From contig CALWRI010000010.1 of NCBI GenBank assembly GCA_944383905.1, positions 1,589 to 65,588 on the forward strand: DNA of 64,000 nt. Reading direction: 5' to 3'. The stretch is from an uncultured Christensenellaceae bacterium. GTDB taxonomy: Bacteria; Bacillota; Clostridia; Christensenellales; UBA3700. The stretch's first letter is position 1. The number at the start of each line of letters is the position of its first letter. The translations under genes were made by a program, and so were the position numbers. The notes beneath the pieces were generated by a model. That model searched no databases, had not been told where the DNA came from, and saw nothing but the letters and a program-made list of their open reading frames with translations. This document shows, one piece after another, positions 9,482 through 22,173 of this stretch.

Positions 9482-10360
9482 TTAGCCGTTTTTGGCCGCG
9501 TTTTCCTTCAGACGGTATTTGAGATAACCTTCTGTATTACTCGTCTCGCTGTTGATTATCTCGTCAGCGCCAAGGTATTCCATTATGCAAAGAAGCCACA
9601 TTCCGCTACATACGATTATATCTTTGCGTTTGGGTTCGAGCCCCGTTATGCCGTCGCGCAGTTCCATCGGCGTCGACCTGACCTTTTCGACAATCTCCTC
9701 TATGCGCCGTCTCGAAAGGGTCCTGTGATGGAGAGTCGTTTCGTCATAACTTTCGAGCTTTGCGTCAATGCTCGCGATCGTCGAGGCGGAGCCTCCTATC
9801 CCGTACAGTTTGTCAAACGCTATGCCTTGCGCGTCATATTCCTTCGCCTTTTCGCGGCAAAATTCTCTTATTCTTGCGACGTCTTCTCCGAAACTTTCTT
9901 TGAGCCTGACGCAACCGACGTGAAGGCTTTTGCCGTAAAACAGACCGTTTTCATTGCCGATCGCGAGCTCGGTCGACGCGCCTCCTATATCCACGACCGC
10001 CGCCGTACCCGAAGTGTATGCACCTGAAAATCCGATCTGCGCTTCGATTTCTCCGCTTACCACGTCTATATAGACGCCGTTTTCTTTGAGCATAGACACA
10101 AACTCTTTACCGTTCGTCGCGCTCCTGACCGCCTCCGTAGCAAATGGATAAAACGCGTCGCAGTTTTCGCTCTCCGCCACAGCCTTGAATTTGAGTATGG
10201 CGTCGCGCGTGCGCGCCATCGCATCCTCGCACAATCTTCCGCTCTTGTTCAGCCCCTGAGCGAGCCTTGTGATCTCAAGCATTCTTTTGAGCGACTTCTC
10301 TCCGTCGGTTATCAGAAGCCTGACGCTGTTTGATCCTATATCCACTACCGCGTATCTCAT
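9482..10360 (-). CDS. ppx: Ppx/GppA exopolyphosphatase family
   Basis: VVDIGSNSVRL, FATEAVRSA, VVDIGGASTEL. Confidence 0.9.
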   Translation of the reverse strand: MRYAVVDIGSNSVRLLITDGEKSLKRMLEITRLAQGLNKSGRLCEDAMARTRDAILKFKAVAESENCDAFYPFATEAVRSATNGKEFVSMLKENGVYIDVVSGEIEAQIGFSGAYTSGTAAVVDIGGASTELAIGNENGLFYGKSLHVGCVRLKESFGEDVARIREFCREKAKEYDAQGIAFDKLYGIGGSASTIASIDAKLESYDETTLHHRTLSRRRIEEIVEKVRSTPMELRDGITGLEPKRKDIIVCSGMWLLCIMEYLGADEIINSETSNTEGYLKYRLKENAAKNG

Positions 10361-10486
10361 ATTTGATATTATATATTACCCGTTTGCCCGCAGTAAAGCG
10401 TTATCCCAAAACAATTTTGCGCATTTTCCGATTTTTTAGTTGACAATTTGCCGTGTTTATATTATATTGTAAAAGCAATTTTGTGC

Positions 10487-10561
10487 GGCTCCATGGTCAA
10501 GCGGTCAAGACATCGCCCTTTCACGGCGGTAACCCGGGTTCGATTCCCGGTGGAGTCACCA
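10487..10561 (+). tRNA. tRNA-Glu(TTC)
   Basis: GGCTCCATGGTCAAGCGGTCAAGACATCGCCCTTTCACGGCGG...GGTTCGATTCCC...GGAGTCACCA; TTGACA promoter upstream. Confidence 0.95.
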
Positions 10562-10600
10562 AGAAAAAAAAGGACACAGTTTTGTGTCCTTTTTTTTCTT
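10562..10600 (+). terminator. Intrinsic terminator of tRNA-Glu
   Basis: AAAAAAAAGGACAC-AGTTTT-GTGTCCTTTTTTTT. Confidence 0.85.
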
Positions 10601-10633
10601 GTTTACTCCCGACGGGTAGCAAACGCGTAGCTA

Positions 10634-11143
10634 CAACAACTGTCTTCCTGCACTGACCTGCAAGCGAGCGTTCGTGCTCGAAGAGCTTTGCGACACACAC
10701 GCAGACAGCCGCTTTCTTGCAACAACTTTCTGTCGCAATCCCCCGGTGGAGTCAAATAATATTGTGTCTTTTTTTGGTGACTCCACCGTTCATCTCACCC
10801 GTGTCCAAAGTCTTGTCGCTTCGCTCCAATCCTTTACCCGCTGCACGCGACCGGGTGTGACCCGGCGCATTATTCGCTTCGCGTTTCAACGTCCATTTCT
10901 ATCCCGTTGCGGTCGCACCGCCAATCGCTGTAAGGCGATTCCCGGTGGTTCGTCTGGCAAACCTATTGCGTGCTCCCGACGTGAAACGGACGCACAGCTG
11001 CAACAACTGTCTTCCTGCACTGACCTGCAAGCGAGCGTTCGTGCTCGAAGAGCTTTGCGACACACACGCAGACAGCCGCTTTCTTGCAACAACTTTCTGT
11101 CGCAATCCCCCGGTGGAGTCAAATAATATTGTGTCTTTTTTTG
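10634..11143 (+). repeat. Two identical 143-bp direct repeats (10634-10776, 11001-11143), each carrying a tRNA-Glu 3' fragment
   Basis: Base-by-base identity, 367-bp period; each copy ends CCCGGTGGAGTCA-AATAATATTGTGTCTTTTTTTG. Confidence 0.9.
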
Positions 11144-11218
11144 TCTGCAAACTTTTTACAAACGCATAAAAATACGCGCAGATTTTTCTGCGCGCAAACA
11201 ATCCCTTTTTCCGAAAAG

Positions 11219-11685
11219 TCATTCCTCTCTTGTCTTCAGATCGGAAGCGCCGTCGTCTTCGTTCTTCGTCTTGCATGATCTTATCGTCTCCAGCATCTTC
11301 TCTTCTGCTTTGTACAACATCCCGACGCCGATAAGATTGTATTTTTTCTCCGCGGTATAAATCGTCAGACTGCCCGACAAGCACAAAAATCCCCGCGCGT
11401 TATTTTCGAGACGTTGACTATCTGCTCGGGAGCCAGCTCCACGACTTCCTTTCTGCGTGGATGGAGGACGATCTTGCCGTCTCTGTATTCTGCGAGAATC
11501 TTCGGAGAAAAACCCATTACCGCAAAAAGCGAGCCCGCCGACAACAGGCAGACGAGCACCATTATCAAAAGACTCGTTCTCTCTTTCAGAATGCAAAATA
11601 CGACACACAAAACAGCAAGCGCCAACATAACGAACGCACCGATATCCACAACAAGCGTTCTCTTTGCAAGTATAACTCTTTCCAT
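11219..11685 (-). pseudogene. Small two-TM membrane protein with an apparent frameshift near 11403-11406
   Basis: ORF 11365-11685 (two TM segments) continues in the frame of ORF 11219-11608 if one A is added to TCGAAAATAAC. Confidence 0.55.
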
Positions 11686-11921
11686 AATTTTTCCTTTGTT
11701 ATTTCAAAGCAATGATATCACTTTTTCTTCTTTATTGTCAACCGCTACCCGACTCTATTGATACGATCGGACAAAGCGTTTTATTTCACGCAGCGCGCAC
11801 GCCATCCGCTTTCTTTGCATAAAATGTATTGTACAAAAGAAAAAGCTGCCTTTCAGTCATAATATTATCCTCTATCCGAGCAAAAGCGAAAATTGCGGGA
11901 AGCGGAAACGCTTCCCGTTTT

Positions 11922-12671
11922 TTAATACGGTTCCACATCCACTTTGCATATAGAGCGTGCCCGACTCACGAGGAGACCGAGCCCTTCTTCGTCTCCGCAA
12001 GCGACTTTGAGTAGAGGCGGCTGACAAAAGCTGTCTGCGGGCGCAACTTTGAAGAGCTGTCTTACCACTCCGCCCGCGCCGCTCACCACGCTGAGACCGT
12101 ATCTGCGGCGGATGTACACTTCGAGATACGAATAGTGAGTGCAGCCCAGGACAACGGCGCCTGTCTTTTCGCCGACATAGGGCGCAATGATCCGGTCGAG
12201 AAGTTTTTGCGCGGCGGAAATATCGGGGAAATCTCTTTCCACGAGAAAAGCGAGTCCCGAGCAATCGGGAGTCAGAAACCGTCTGCCGTCGTTCGCAACG
12301 AGCAATCTTTTGAAACGCGGCTGCGCGAGAGTGAGCGGAGTCGCAAGTACGAGCACGTCTCCGTCAAAACACAAAGCGGGGCGCACGGCGGGTTCCGTCC
12401 CCACGAAAGAGACTTTGGGAAATTCTGCGCGCAGTCTGTCTATGCAGGTCGCTGTAGCCGTATTGCACGCGAGGACGATCGTCTCTGCGCCCGCACTCAC
12501 GAGCTTTTCGCAGACAGACGCGATGTGATCCGAAAGCACCTTTGCCGTCAGAGCGCCGTAAGGCATATATTTGTTGTCGGAATAATATAAAAACTCTCCG
12601 CCTTTTTTCTCAAAGACCTTTTCCACTACCGAAAGTCCGCCTATGCCGCTGTCGAGAAATGCGATTTTCAT
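11922..12671 (-). CDS. murI: Glutamate racemase
   Basis: FLDSGIGGLSV, MPYG, LACNTAT, VLGCTHY. Confidence 0.95.
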   Translation of the reverse strand: MKIAFLDSGIGGLSVVEKVFEKKGGEFLYYSDNKYMPYGALTAKVLSDHIASVCEKLVSAGAETIVLACNTATATCIDRLRAEFPKVSFVGTEPAVRPALCFDGDVLVLATPLTLAQPRFKRLLVANDGRRFLTPDCSGLAFLVERDFPDISAAQKLLDRIIAPYVGEKTGAVVLGCTHYSYLEVYIRRRYGLSVVSGAGGVVRQLFKVAPADSFCQPPLLKVACGDEEGLGLLVSRARSICKVDVEPY

Positions 12672-12703
12672 ATTATTATTTATGCGCTCCGTCGCGGGAT
12701 ATG

Positions 12704-13405
12704 CTATCCGAAGCAGGCAAAAAGCGCGTCCGCTATCCTCGCGGCACAAAACTCGACTTTGGCGTCAACGTCGTAAGGCACGAAATAGCCGCCTTTTCCT
12801 CCCGCACAGATGTCGTCGGCTCCGATTATGAAGGGCACCCCGATCGCGATAAAATGCGTTTTGAGCAGTTTTGAATCCATCACGCTGCCTTTTCCCACGC
12901 CGCCGCCCGGGCGGAGCGCCGCGTCCGTGAACTGATAACACGCGCAGAGCCTCTGAACGCGCGACGTAGCGAGAGCGTCCACGGCAACGACGTAATCGGG
13001 CGAAAAGCCGTCAGTGACAGCCTGAACGAGTTTTACCGAATCCAGGTTTGTCAACGCGCCGACATCGGGCGCAAATACGCTCAACCTGCCTCCGGAGAGG
13101 TCTTTTTTCTTGAGGTTTTCGACAACGCGTTTACCCAGCGCGTCCGCAATGACGTCGCCGTTGCCCATACCGACGACGAGCCCGCTCTTCCTGCCTTTCA
13201 CAAAGCGTTTGAGCGCATAGACGAGCGCTTTTCCCACCTGGGAATCTGCGTTGGTCTGCACGGTGACGTAACTGCCAGCTTTCCTGCCGTGTTTCTTTGC
13301 GAGTTTTTCGTCAAGCTCGCAACAGTCGAAGTCTGCGCCGTATTTTTGAAAATTCGTGCCGAACGACGCCTTTATTCCGTCCGCCTCGATAAGAAGGTCC
13401 TGCAT
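12704..13405 (-). CDS. gpr: GPR germination endopeptidase
   Basis: LVVGMGN..ADALG, VAVDALA, FTDAALRPGGGVG, IAIGVP; divergent from rpsT (conserved Bacillota synteny). Confidence 0.85.
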   Translation of the reverse strand: MQDLLIEADGIKASFGTNFQKYGADFDCCELDEKLAKKHGRKAGSYVTVQTNADSQVGKALVYALKRFVKGRKSGLVVGMGNGDVIADALGKRVVENLKKKDLSGGRLSVFAPDVGALTNLDSVKLVQAVTDGFSPDYVVAVDALATSRVQRLCACYQFTDAALRPGGGVGKGSVMDSKLLKTHFIAIGVPFIIGADDICAGGKGGYFVPYDVDAKVEFCAARIADALFACFG

Positions 13406-13584
13406 AACGCCCTCTCCTTTGTCCGCACCGCCTTTTTTGCCGAAAACGGACAAAATCATTATTTCCTTGTCTTTGAGAGTTAAAAAAATATTGTAAAAAA
13501 AGTCGTAAAACTGATGAAATTTTATTGCTTTATCCGATTTCTTGTGATAGAATAATTTAGCAAATACGAAAATGGAGGGAAACT

Positions 13585-13857
13585 ATGCCTAACATTAAGT
13601 CCCAGAAAAAAAGAGTTTTGATCACGAAGAAGGAGAATGCTATCAATTCTGCAAAACGCACCCGCGTCCGCAACAGCATCAAGAAGTTTGAAGCTGCAGT
13701 CGCAGAAAAGAACGTTGAAGCGGCTACCGCTCTGCTCGCAGAGACTGTATCCCTTCTCGACCGTGCAAGACTGGACGGCGTGTATCACGCAAACACCGTG
13801 AGCAGATACGTCGGCAGACTTTCTAAGAAGCTGGACGCTCTTAAGAAAGCCGAGTAA
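13585..13857 (+). CDS. rpsT: 30S ribosomal protein S20
   Basis: MPNIKSQKKRV...GVYHANTVSR. Confidence 0.97.
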   Translation: MPNIKSQKKRVLITKKENAINSAKRTRVRNSIKKFEAAVAEKNVEAATALLAETVSLLDRARLDGVYHANTVSRYVGRLSKKLDALKKAE

Positions 13858-13875
13858 CAAAACAAGTAAAACGCG

Positions 13876-13902
13876 AGCCGCGGATTTTCCGCGGCTTTTT
13901 TT
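13876..13902 (+). terminator. rpsT terminator
   Basis: AGCCGCGG-ATTTT-CCGCGGCT followed by a T-run. Confidence 0.85.
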
Positions 13903-14088
13903 ATTTTTCAAGACTGTCGTTTACTTGCAGAACGCCGCTCGCCTTTTCCCTTTTTACTACCGACGTTCCTGCCTGCATTGACGCGCATAACCCTGACGAT
14001 ACGTATGCGACGCATGGAGCCTGAGTCCCCGACTGCACAAAAAAAGAGAAGTCAACGCTTCTCTTTTTTATCTATCCGCTAAGCGGCG

Positions 14089-14316
14089 TTATTTTTCTTG
14101 AGATCTTGTCAGACCTTCGTACGGTTTGTGCTTTTCTTCGCTGCCCTTTTTAACGCTCGGCTTGCCGCCGCAACCCGAACTGTGCGGACATCCCGCGCAA
14201 CCGCAGCAACCCGAACAGCCGCCTTTGCCTTTTGCCTTGCGCACTATTGCCGCTACCGTCACTCCGACGACGATGAGTGCCGCCGACACGGCAATGACTA
14301 TCTCCAATGCACCCAT
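14089..14316 (-). CDS. FeoB-associated Cys-rich membrane protein
   Basis: One TM helix then KGKGGCSGCCGCAGCPH; directly after feoB. Confidence 0.85.
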   Translation of the reverse strand: MGALEIVIAVSAALIVVGVTVAAIVRKAKGKGGCSGCCGCAGCPHSSGCGGKPSVKKGSEEKHKPYEGLTRSQEK

Positions 14317-14317
14317 A

Positions 14318-16612
14318 TCATTCGCTCCTCCCGTCTTTTTTCAACCATGCCATACGTCCGAAATTCAGCTTTCCCTTGTTGTGAAACACGATAAGCGTGA
14401 TCACCGCCGCAAAGACAGCCAGCCAGATGAATAACGTCCACCACCATTCTCCGATAAGATATATCATTGCGGACACAATATACGATGTCGCTATCCAGAA
14501 TAGCAACGTAAAGTTGAATTTCTTTTTATTCGGCATTTCCGCCTTTGCCGTAGCGACTGCGGCGAAACACGGTATCGTAAGCATATTGAACGCGATAAAT
14601 GCTATCAGCGCGGGAACGCCTATGCCCGTCGCGTTTATCATCTGCACGACCGAATCCACTCCTCCGAGCGCCTCATCCGCGACGAAACTGCTTGTAATGC
14701 ACGCAGCAAGCGTGCCGAAAGTCGCGATCACGTTTTCTTTGGCAATAAGTCCCGTTATCGCCGCCACGACGAATACCCAGCCCCATTCTCCGAGCTGCGA
14801 TCCGAATCCGACGGGAGTGAACAGAGGTTGCAACAACATACCGGCTCCGGCAAGAATGCTATCGTTTATCTTGTCGTCGGTAAGGAACTTCCAATCAAAA
14901 GAGAAATGACTGACGAACCAGATCACGATAGTAGAAGCGAGTATAATGGTGAACGCCTTCTTTATAAAGTGTTTGACCTTGTCCCAAAGCAACATTGCAA
15001 GGCTGTGCGCCTGCGGCATTCTGTAAGCGGGAAGCTCCATGATAAAAGGCGGAACTTCTCCCCTCATGGTAGTGGATCTCATAAGCAATACCGCGCATAT
15101 TGCAACAGCTATCCCAAGCACATACATACCGTATGTTATCACGTCCGCATTACCCGCTCCCGCGATCTGCGCTATACCGCCCGCAATGGCGGTCAGGATC
15201 GGCAATTTTGCGCCGCAACTGAAAAACGGTATGACTCTTATCGTCGCTATCCTCTCGTTTTCGTCTGCAAGAGTACGGGTATTTGTCATTGCGGGTACCG
15301 AACAGCCGAAGCCCATTATCATCGGCATAAACGCTCTGCCCGACAAGCCGAATTTGCGGAATATCCTGTCAAGAATAAACGCAACTCTCGCCATATATCC
15401 CGAATCTTCGAGCAGAGAAAAGAACATGAACAATACGAGTATCTGCGGCAAGAAGGATAATACCGAAAAAAGTCCTCCGAGAACGCCGTCCACCACGAGA
15501 CCGCTTGCCCATTGCGCCGCGCCGGCGTTTGTCATGGCAGAAGACACCGCGTCCGATACCGACGACGTAATGCTGTCAAGCAGATTGAACAATATCACTC
15601 CGGGAGACGCTATACCGTCTGAAGATCCGAACATGCCTTCTCCCCATAATCCTTCGAGAGAAACCCAATCTTTGCCGAGCGCACCCATTGCTCCGAGATA
15701 CAGAAAGTCCTCGGAAAAAGTAAGGTGGAACACTGCAAACAGTATTACAAGAAATATCGGTATTCCCCATATCCTGTGCGTGAGTATCCTGTCCGCCTTG
15801 TCGGAACGCGAAAGTTTTTCTTTGCCCGTTTTGCTGTTGCGGACGAGCGCGTTGGAATAGTTCTGCGATATGTATTTATAACGCGAATCGGCGACTATTG
15901 CCTCAAAATCCGAACCGAACGTCTCGTCGTCGAAAGTCTCTTTGAACTTCTGCACCGTCTCCGCCGCCTGCGGATGCTGCGCGACTTCCAGCTCGTCGAG
16001 CTCCACGAGCTTTACCGCATGGAAAAGCGCGTTGCCCACACCTGCACCCTCGAGCGCGATCTTGCAGTCTCTGACAAGATGCATGAGTGCACCGCCTTCG
16101 AGCACGGTGGTTCCTTTGCGCGGCTTCAAGCAACACTCGCAAGCGCGTTTCATTAATATGTCTATACCTTCTCCTTTGAGAGCAGATACCTCGACGACAG
16201 GCACGCCGATCTTTTTTTCCAGCTTTTCGGCGTCGATACTGTCTCCCGCCTTCTTCACCTCGTCTATCATATTGAGGGCGACGATCACGGGTACGTCTAT
16301 CTCGAGAAGCTGCGTCGTCAGATAAAGATTGCGCTCCAGATTGGTCGCGTCGACTATGTTTATCACGCAATCGGGCTTCTCATCGAGAATATAATTGCGC
16401 GATATCACTTCTTCGGGAGTATACGGAGAAAGCGAGTATATTCCCGGCAAATCTACGATTGCAATCTGCTCTTTGAGTTTTTTGTATACGCCTTCGCGCT
16501 TATCCACCGTTACGCCCGGCCAGTTGCCGACGTGCGCGGTAGATCCGGTAAGGCTGTTGAACAACGTAGTCTTTCCGCTGTTGGGATTGCCTGCAAGTGC
16601 AAATCTCTTCAT
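14318..16612 (-). CDS. feoB: Ferrous iron transporter B
   Basis: GNPNSGKTT, GNWPGVTV, DLPGIYSL, LEDSGYMAR, GFGCSVPA. Confidence 0.97.
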   Translation of the reverse strand: MKRFALAGNPNSGKTTLFNSLTGSTAHVGNWPGVTVDKREGVYKKLKEQIAIVDLPGIYSLSPYTPEEVISRNYILDEKPDCVINIVDATNLERNLYLTTQLLEIDVPVIVALNMIDEVKKAGDSIDAEKLEKKIGVPVVEVSALKGEGIDILMKRACECCLKPRKGTTVLEGGALMHLVRDCKIALEGAGVGNALFHAVKLVELDELEVAQHPQAAETVQKFKETFDDETFGSDFEAIVADSRYKYISQNYSNALVRNSKTGKEKLSRSDKADRILTHRIWGIPIFLVILFAVFHLTFSEDFLYLGAMGALGKDWVSLEGLWGEGMFGSSDGIASPGVILFNLLDSITSSVSDAVSSAMTNAGAAQWASGLVVDGVLGGLFSVLSFLPQILVLFMFFSLLEDSGYMARVAFILDRIFRKFGLSGRAFMPMIMGFGCSVPAMTNTRTLADENERIATIRVIPFFSCGAKLPILTAIAGGIAQIAGAGNADVITYGMYVLGIAVAICAVLLMRSTTMRGEVPPFIMELPAYRMPQAHSLAMLLWDKVKHFIKKAFTIILASTIVIWFVSHFSFDWKFLTDDKINDSILAGAGMLLQPLFTPVGFGSQLGEWGWVFVVAAITGLIAKENVIATFGTLAACITSSFVADEALGGVDSVVQMINATGIGVPALIAFIAFNMLTIPCFAAVATAKAEMPNKKKFNFTLLFWIATSYIVSAMIYLIGEWWWTLFIWLAVFAAVITLIVFHNKGKLNFGRMAWLKKDGRSE

Positions 16613-16842
16613 ACTTTCACCTCCGTAAGCACGAGGTCGGCTTCGCTTTTGCGCAGAGTCAACTCATAATCGCGCAAGGTTATTTCAATCGGATCTCCGA
16701 GCGGCGCACGCTTGCGCAGATAGACTTCGGCGCCAGGCGTGACTCCCATATCGAAAAGTCTGCGACGTATCCTTCCTTCTCCTGCCACGCTCTTTATCAC
16801 TCCCGACTGCCCGACGGCAAACTCACTCAACTTTTTTTGCAT
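16609..16842 (-). CDS. feoA: Ferrous iron transport protein A
   Basis: RRRLFDMGVTPG..APLGDPIEI..LRKSEA. Confidence 0.95.
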   Translation of the reverse strand: MQKKLSEFAVGQSGVIKSVAGEGRIRRRLFDMGVTPGAEVYLRKRAPLGDPIEITLRDYELTLRKSEADLVLTEVKV

Positions 16843-16853
16843 TGTGTTCCTCC

Positions 16854-17069
16854 TTAAATCGCAACGAGTATTTTTGTCGCAACGCTTTTGTCCAAAGCCA
16901 ATCTCGAATCTTTTACCATTACTATAACGCTTCCTCCGCCTGCGGACAGGACGGTGATCTGCGCACCTACGGTTATACCGAGATTTTCAAGATGTTTTTT
17001 CGTCTTCTCGTCCGCAAGCACGCGGATCACTTTGAGAATTTCGCCTTGCGGCGCAAATACAACGGGCAT
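16854..17069 (-). CDS. feoA: FeoA-family protein
   Basis: KHLENLGITVG..VKDSRLALDKSVATKI. Confidence 0.9.
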   Translation of the reverse strand: MPVVFAPQGEILKVIRVLADEKTKKHLENLGITVGAQITVLSAGGGSVIVMVKDSRLALDKSVATKILVAI

Positions 17070-17100
17070 ACGATTCCTCTCTTTTTTACTGATCACGCAA

Positions 17101-17186
17101 AAATGTGAAATTTATTTCATATTTGCAAATTGATTATATCAACGCAAAAGCCAGATGTCAAGCAGAATGTGAAATATTTTTCATGT
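17101..17186. promoter_or_regulatory. Two related palindromic boxes between feoA and the divergent tetR
   Basis: AAATGTGAAATTTATTTCATATTT (17101-17124) and ATGTGAAATATTTTTCATGT (17167-17186). Confidence 0.5.
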
Positions 17187-17240
17187 TTTTGTAATTGCAA
17201 TTTTTTGCCGTATATATTATAATGTCAAAGAGGAACTCCT

Positions 17241-17846
17241 ATGTCCAAAACAATACGCAACCCGAAACAGGAACGCTCCATAGACAAAAAAAACCGCATA
17301 ATAACAGCCGGATACGAACTGTTTTCCGAAAACGGCTATTACAACACCAACACCGCGCAAATTGCAAAACGCGCAGGCGTTTCAACAGGTATTGTTTACG
17401 GCTATTTCAGAAACAAAAAAGATATTCTGCTCGACGTGACCGCGCTTTATATGGACAAGGTCACAAAGCCGATTCTCAACCTGTTTGACGATCTCGACGC
17501 CCCCGTCGAAACGCGCGGATTCGTTTCAAAGATCGTTGACCTCGTTATCGACGCGCACAAGGAAAACGCCGCCATACACGAAGCTCTGCACTCCCTGACC
17601 CATACGGATCCCGAAATAAGCCGGCAGTTTATTATTCTCGAAGACGAACTCACGCTGAAAATCGCCGACATACTCACCCGCATCAACGTGCTGAAAAAAG
17701 ACGCAAAGGAAAAAGTGCATTTTGCAATGGACATACTGCAATCCTTTGCACACGAATATATTTACGATCATCACGAATATATAGATTATTTCCGTCTCAA
17801 AACGCTCGTGACCGATTCCGTCATCGCGCTTATTGACGAAAAATAA
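17241..17846 (+). CDS. TetR/AcrR-family regulator
   Basis: PKQERS..LFSENGYYNTNTAQIAKRAGVSTGIVYGYF. Confidence 0.9.
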   Translation: MSKTIRNPKQERSIDKKNRIITAGYELFSENGYYNTNTAQIAKRAGVSTGIVYGYFRNKKDILLDVTALYMDKVTKPILNLFDDLDAPVETRGFVSKIVDLVIDAHKENAAIHEALHSLTHTDPEISRQFIILEDELTLKIADILTRINVLKKDAKEKVHFAMDILQSFAHEYIYDHHEYIDYFRLKTLVTDSVIALIDEK

Positions 17847-17917
17847 TGTTGAACAAAAAAATACGGGCGGTTTCGCCCGTATTTTTTTGTTCATGTCTTT
17901 CAAACGATTGTTGAGAC

Positions 17918-18874
17918 TCATCTCCACAGCACTTTGAGAGTCTCTCTGTCGAGCACGCCCCATCTGCCGTCCTGTCGCACTATCGCTTTGCCGCCTTCGA
18001 AACCCGTCGCGACGTCAAACTCCATCGGCAGCGCTTCGTTGCCGTCCTTGTCGATATATCCGCTCTTCTCGCCCGCGCTTACCGCCGCAAGTCCTTCGCT
18101 GAAACTTGTCGCGCTGTCGTACTTGTAGTCTATGACAAGTTGGTTCTTTTTATCGATATATCCGAGAAGTCCGTCCTTTTCGACGCAAGCCCTGTCCTCG
18201 CGGAACGGGTAGGCGTTGTCGTAAACGGGCTGTATGAGCACGTTGCCCTTCCAATCTTTATAACCCCACTTTCCCTGACGGCAGAATTTTACTATGCTGT
18301 CGGGAGTGAGCTGTTCCTTTTGTGGCTTTTCGGCAACGGGTCTTTCGCGCTTGCCGTATACGAGCTCGTACAGACTCACGTTTTCATAAGGTTTGTAGTC
18401 GTACCTCGGTCTGCCGCTCTTATCCTGTTTTTCGTTCTGTTGAGGACGGTTTTTGCCCTGCCCCTGTTGTTTGCCCTGCTGTTTGCGATCTTGCTTGTTG
18501 TCGTTCTCTTTTTCAGATTGGCGGTTGCGGTTTTTGCCGTCCTGCTTCTGCCCGCTTTGCTGTTTCCTGACGTTTTCTTCTGCGGGAGGCTGCGGCTGTT
18601 GAGCTTCTTCTCTGTATGAAAGTCCCAGCTTCTTCAACGCGCCTGCAACCTCGAGACATTCGCGCTTGCCGACGTATCTTATGCGATACATCTCGCTCAT
18701 TCGTCTCTTTGCAAGGTCTTTTGCGGTGACCACGCCGCCATCGCGAAGTATGCCCAAGGTCTTTTCGCAAAGCCCGAGCTCCGCGAGAGGAGTGGCAAGC
18801 GCCGCGGAGTCTCCCTGCGGCTCGTATCCGTCGCCGGATTTCTTTTTATTGCGTCTTCTGTTGTCTTTTCCCAT
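17918..18874 (-). CDS. RNA polymerase alpha-CTD-like domain + Q/K-rich linker + WG repeats
   Basis: PLAELGLCEKTLGILRDGGVVTAKDL...VGKRECLEV..LKKLGL; KWGYKD, GYIDKK, FSEGLAAV, RWGVLD repeats. Confidence 0.75.
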   Translation of the reverse strand: MGKDNRRRNKKKSGDGYEPQGDSAALATPLAELGLCEKTLGILRDGGVVTAKDLAKRRMSEMYRIRYVGKRECLEVAGALKKLGLSYREEAQQPQPPAEENVRKQQSGQKQDGKNRNRQSEKENDNKQDRKQQGKQQGQGKNRPQQNEKQDKSGRPRYDYKPYENVSLYELVYGKRERPVAEKPQKEQLTPDSIVKFCRQGKWGYKDWKGNVLIQPVYDNAYPFREDRACVEKDGLLGYIDKKNQLVIDYKYDSATSFSEGLAAVSAGEKSGYIDKDGNEALPMEFDVATGFEGGKAIVRQDGRWGVLDRETLKVLWR

Positions 18875-18999
18875 ATAAGTCGATAATAACACAATTTTTG
18901 TCCGCAAGCAACATTTATCGTTGCAAAGCGGCGCTCTTTATTGCCTATACGCGCGAAAAACCGCGGATGACAAAAGCATCCGCGATTTTCTTCTCAATC

Positions 19000-22059
<3,060 letters not shown>

Positions 22060-22173
22060 TCAATTATACCCCAGCCGCACCGATTTTGTCAATGAGGTTT
22101 TACGTCTGCGCGCGCGTCGACTGCGCGCAAAAAGAGTTGTACTTTTTTTATTCTTTATGATATAATAGTGACT

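Noticed and set aside
10634-11143. Possible CRISPR array, and ORFs 10674-11126 and 10899-11384
   Set aside because: Only two long repeats, no 25-45-bp repeat/spacer periodicity and no cas genes; the ORFs merely translate the repeat.
13920-14045. GC-rich intergenic stretch after rpsT as a possible SRP, 6S or other ncRNA
   Set aside because: No SRP tetraloop motif, no clear promoter, and pairing is weak; an Rfam search would be needed.
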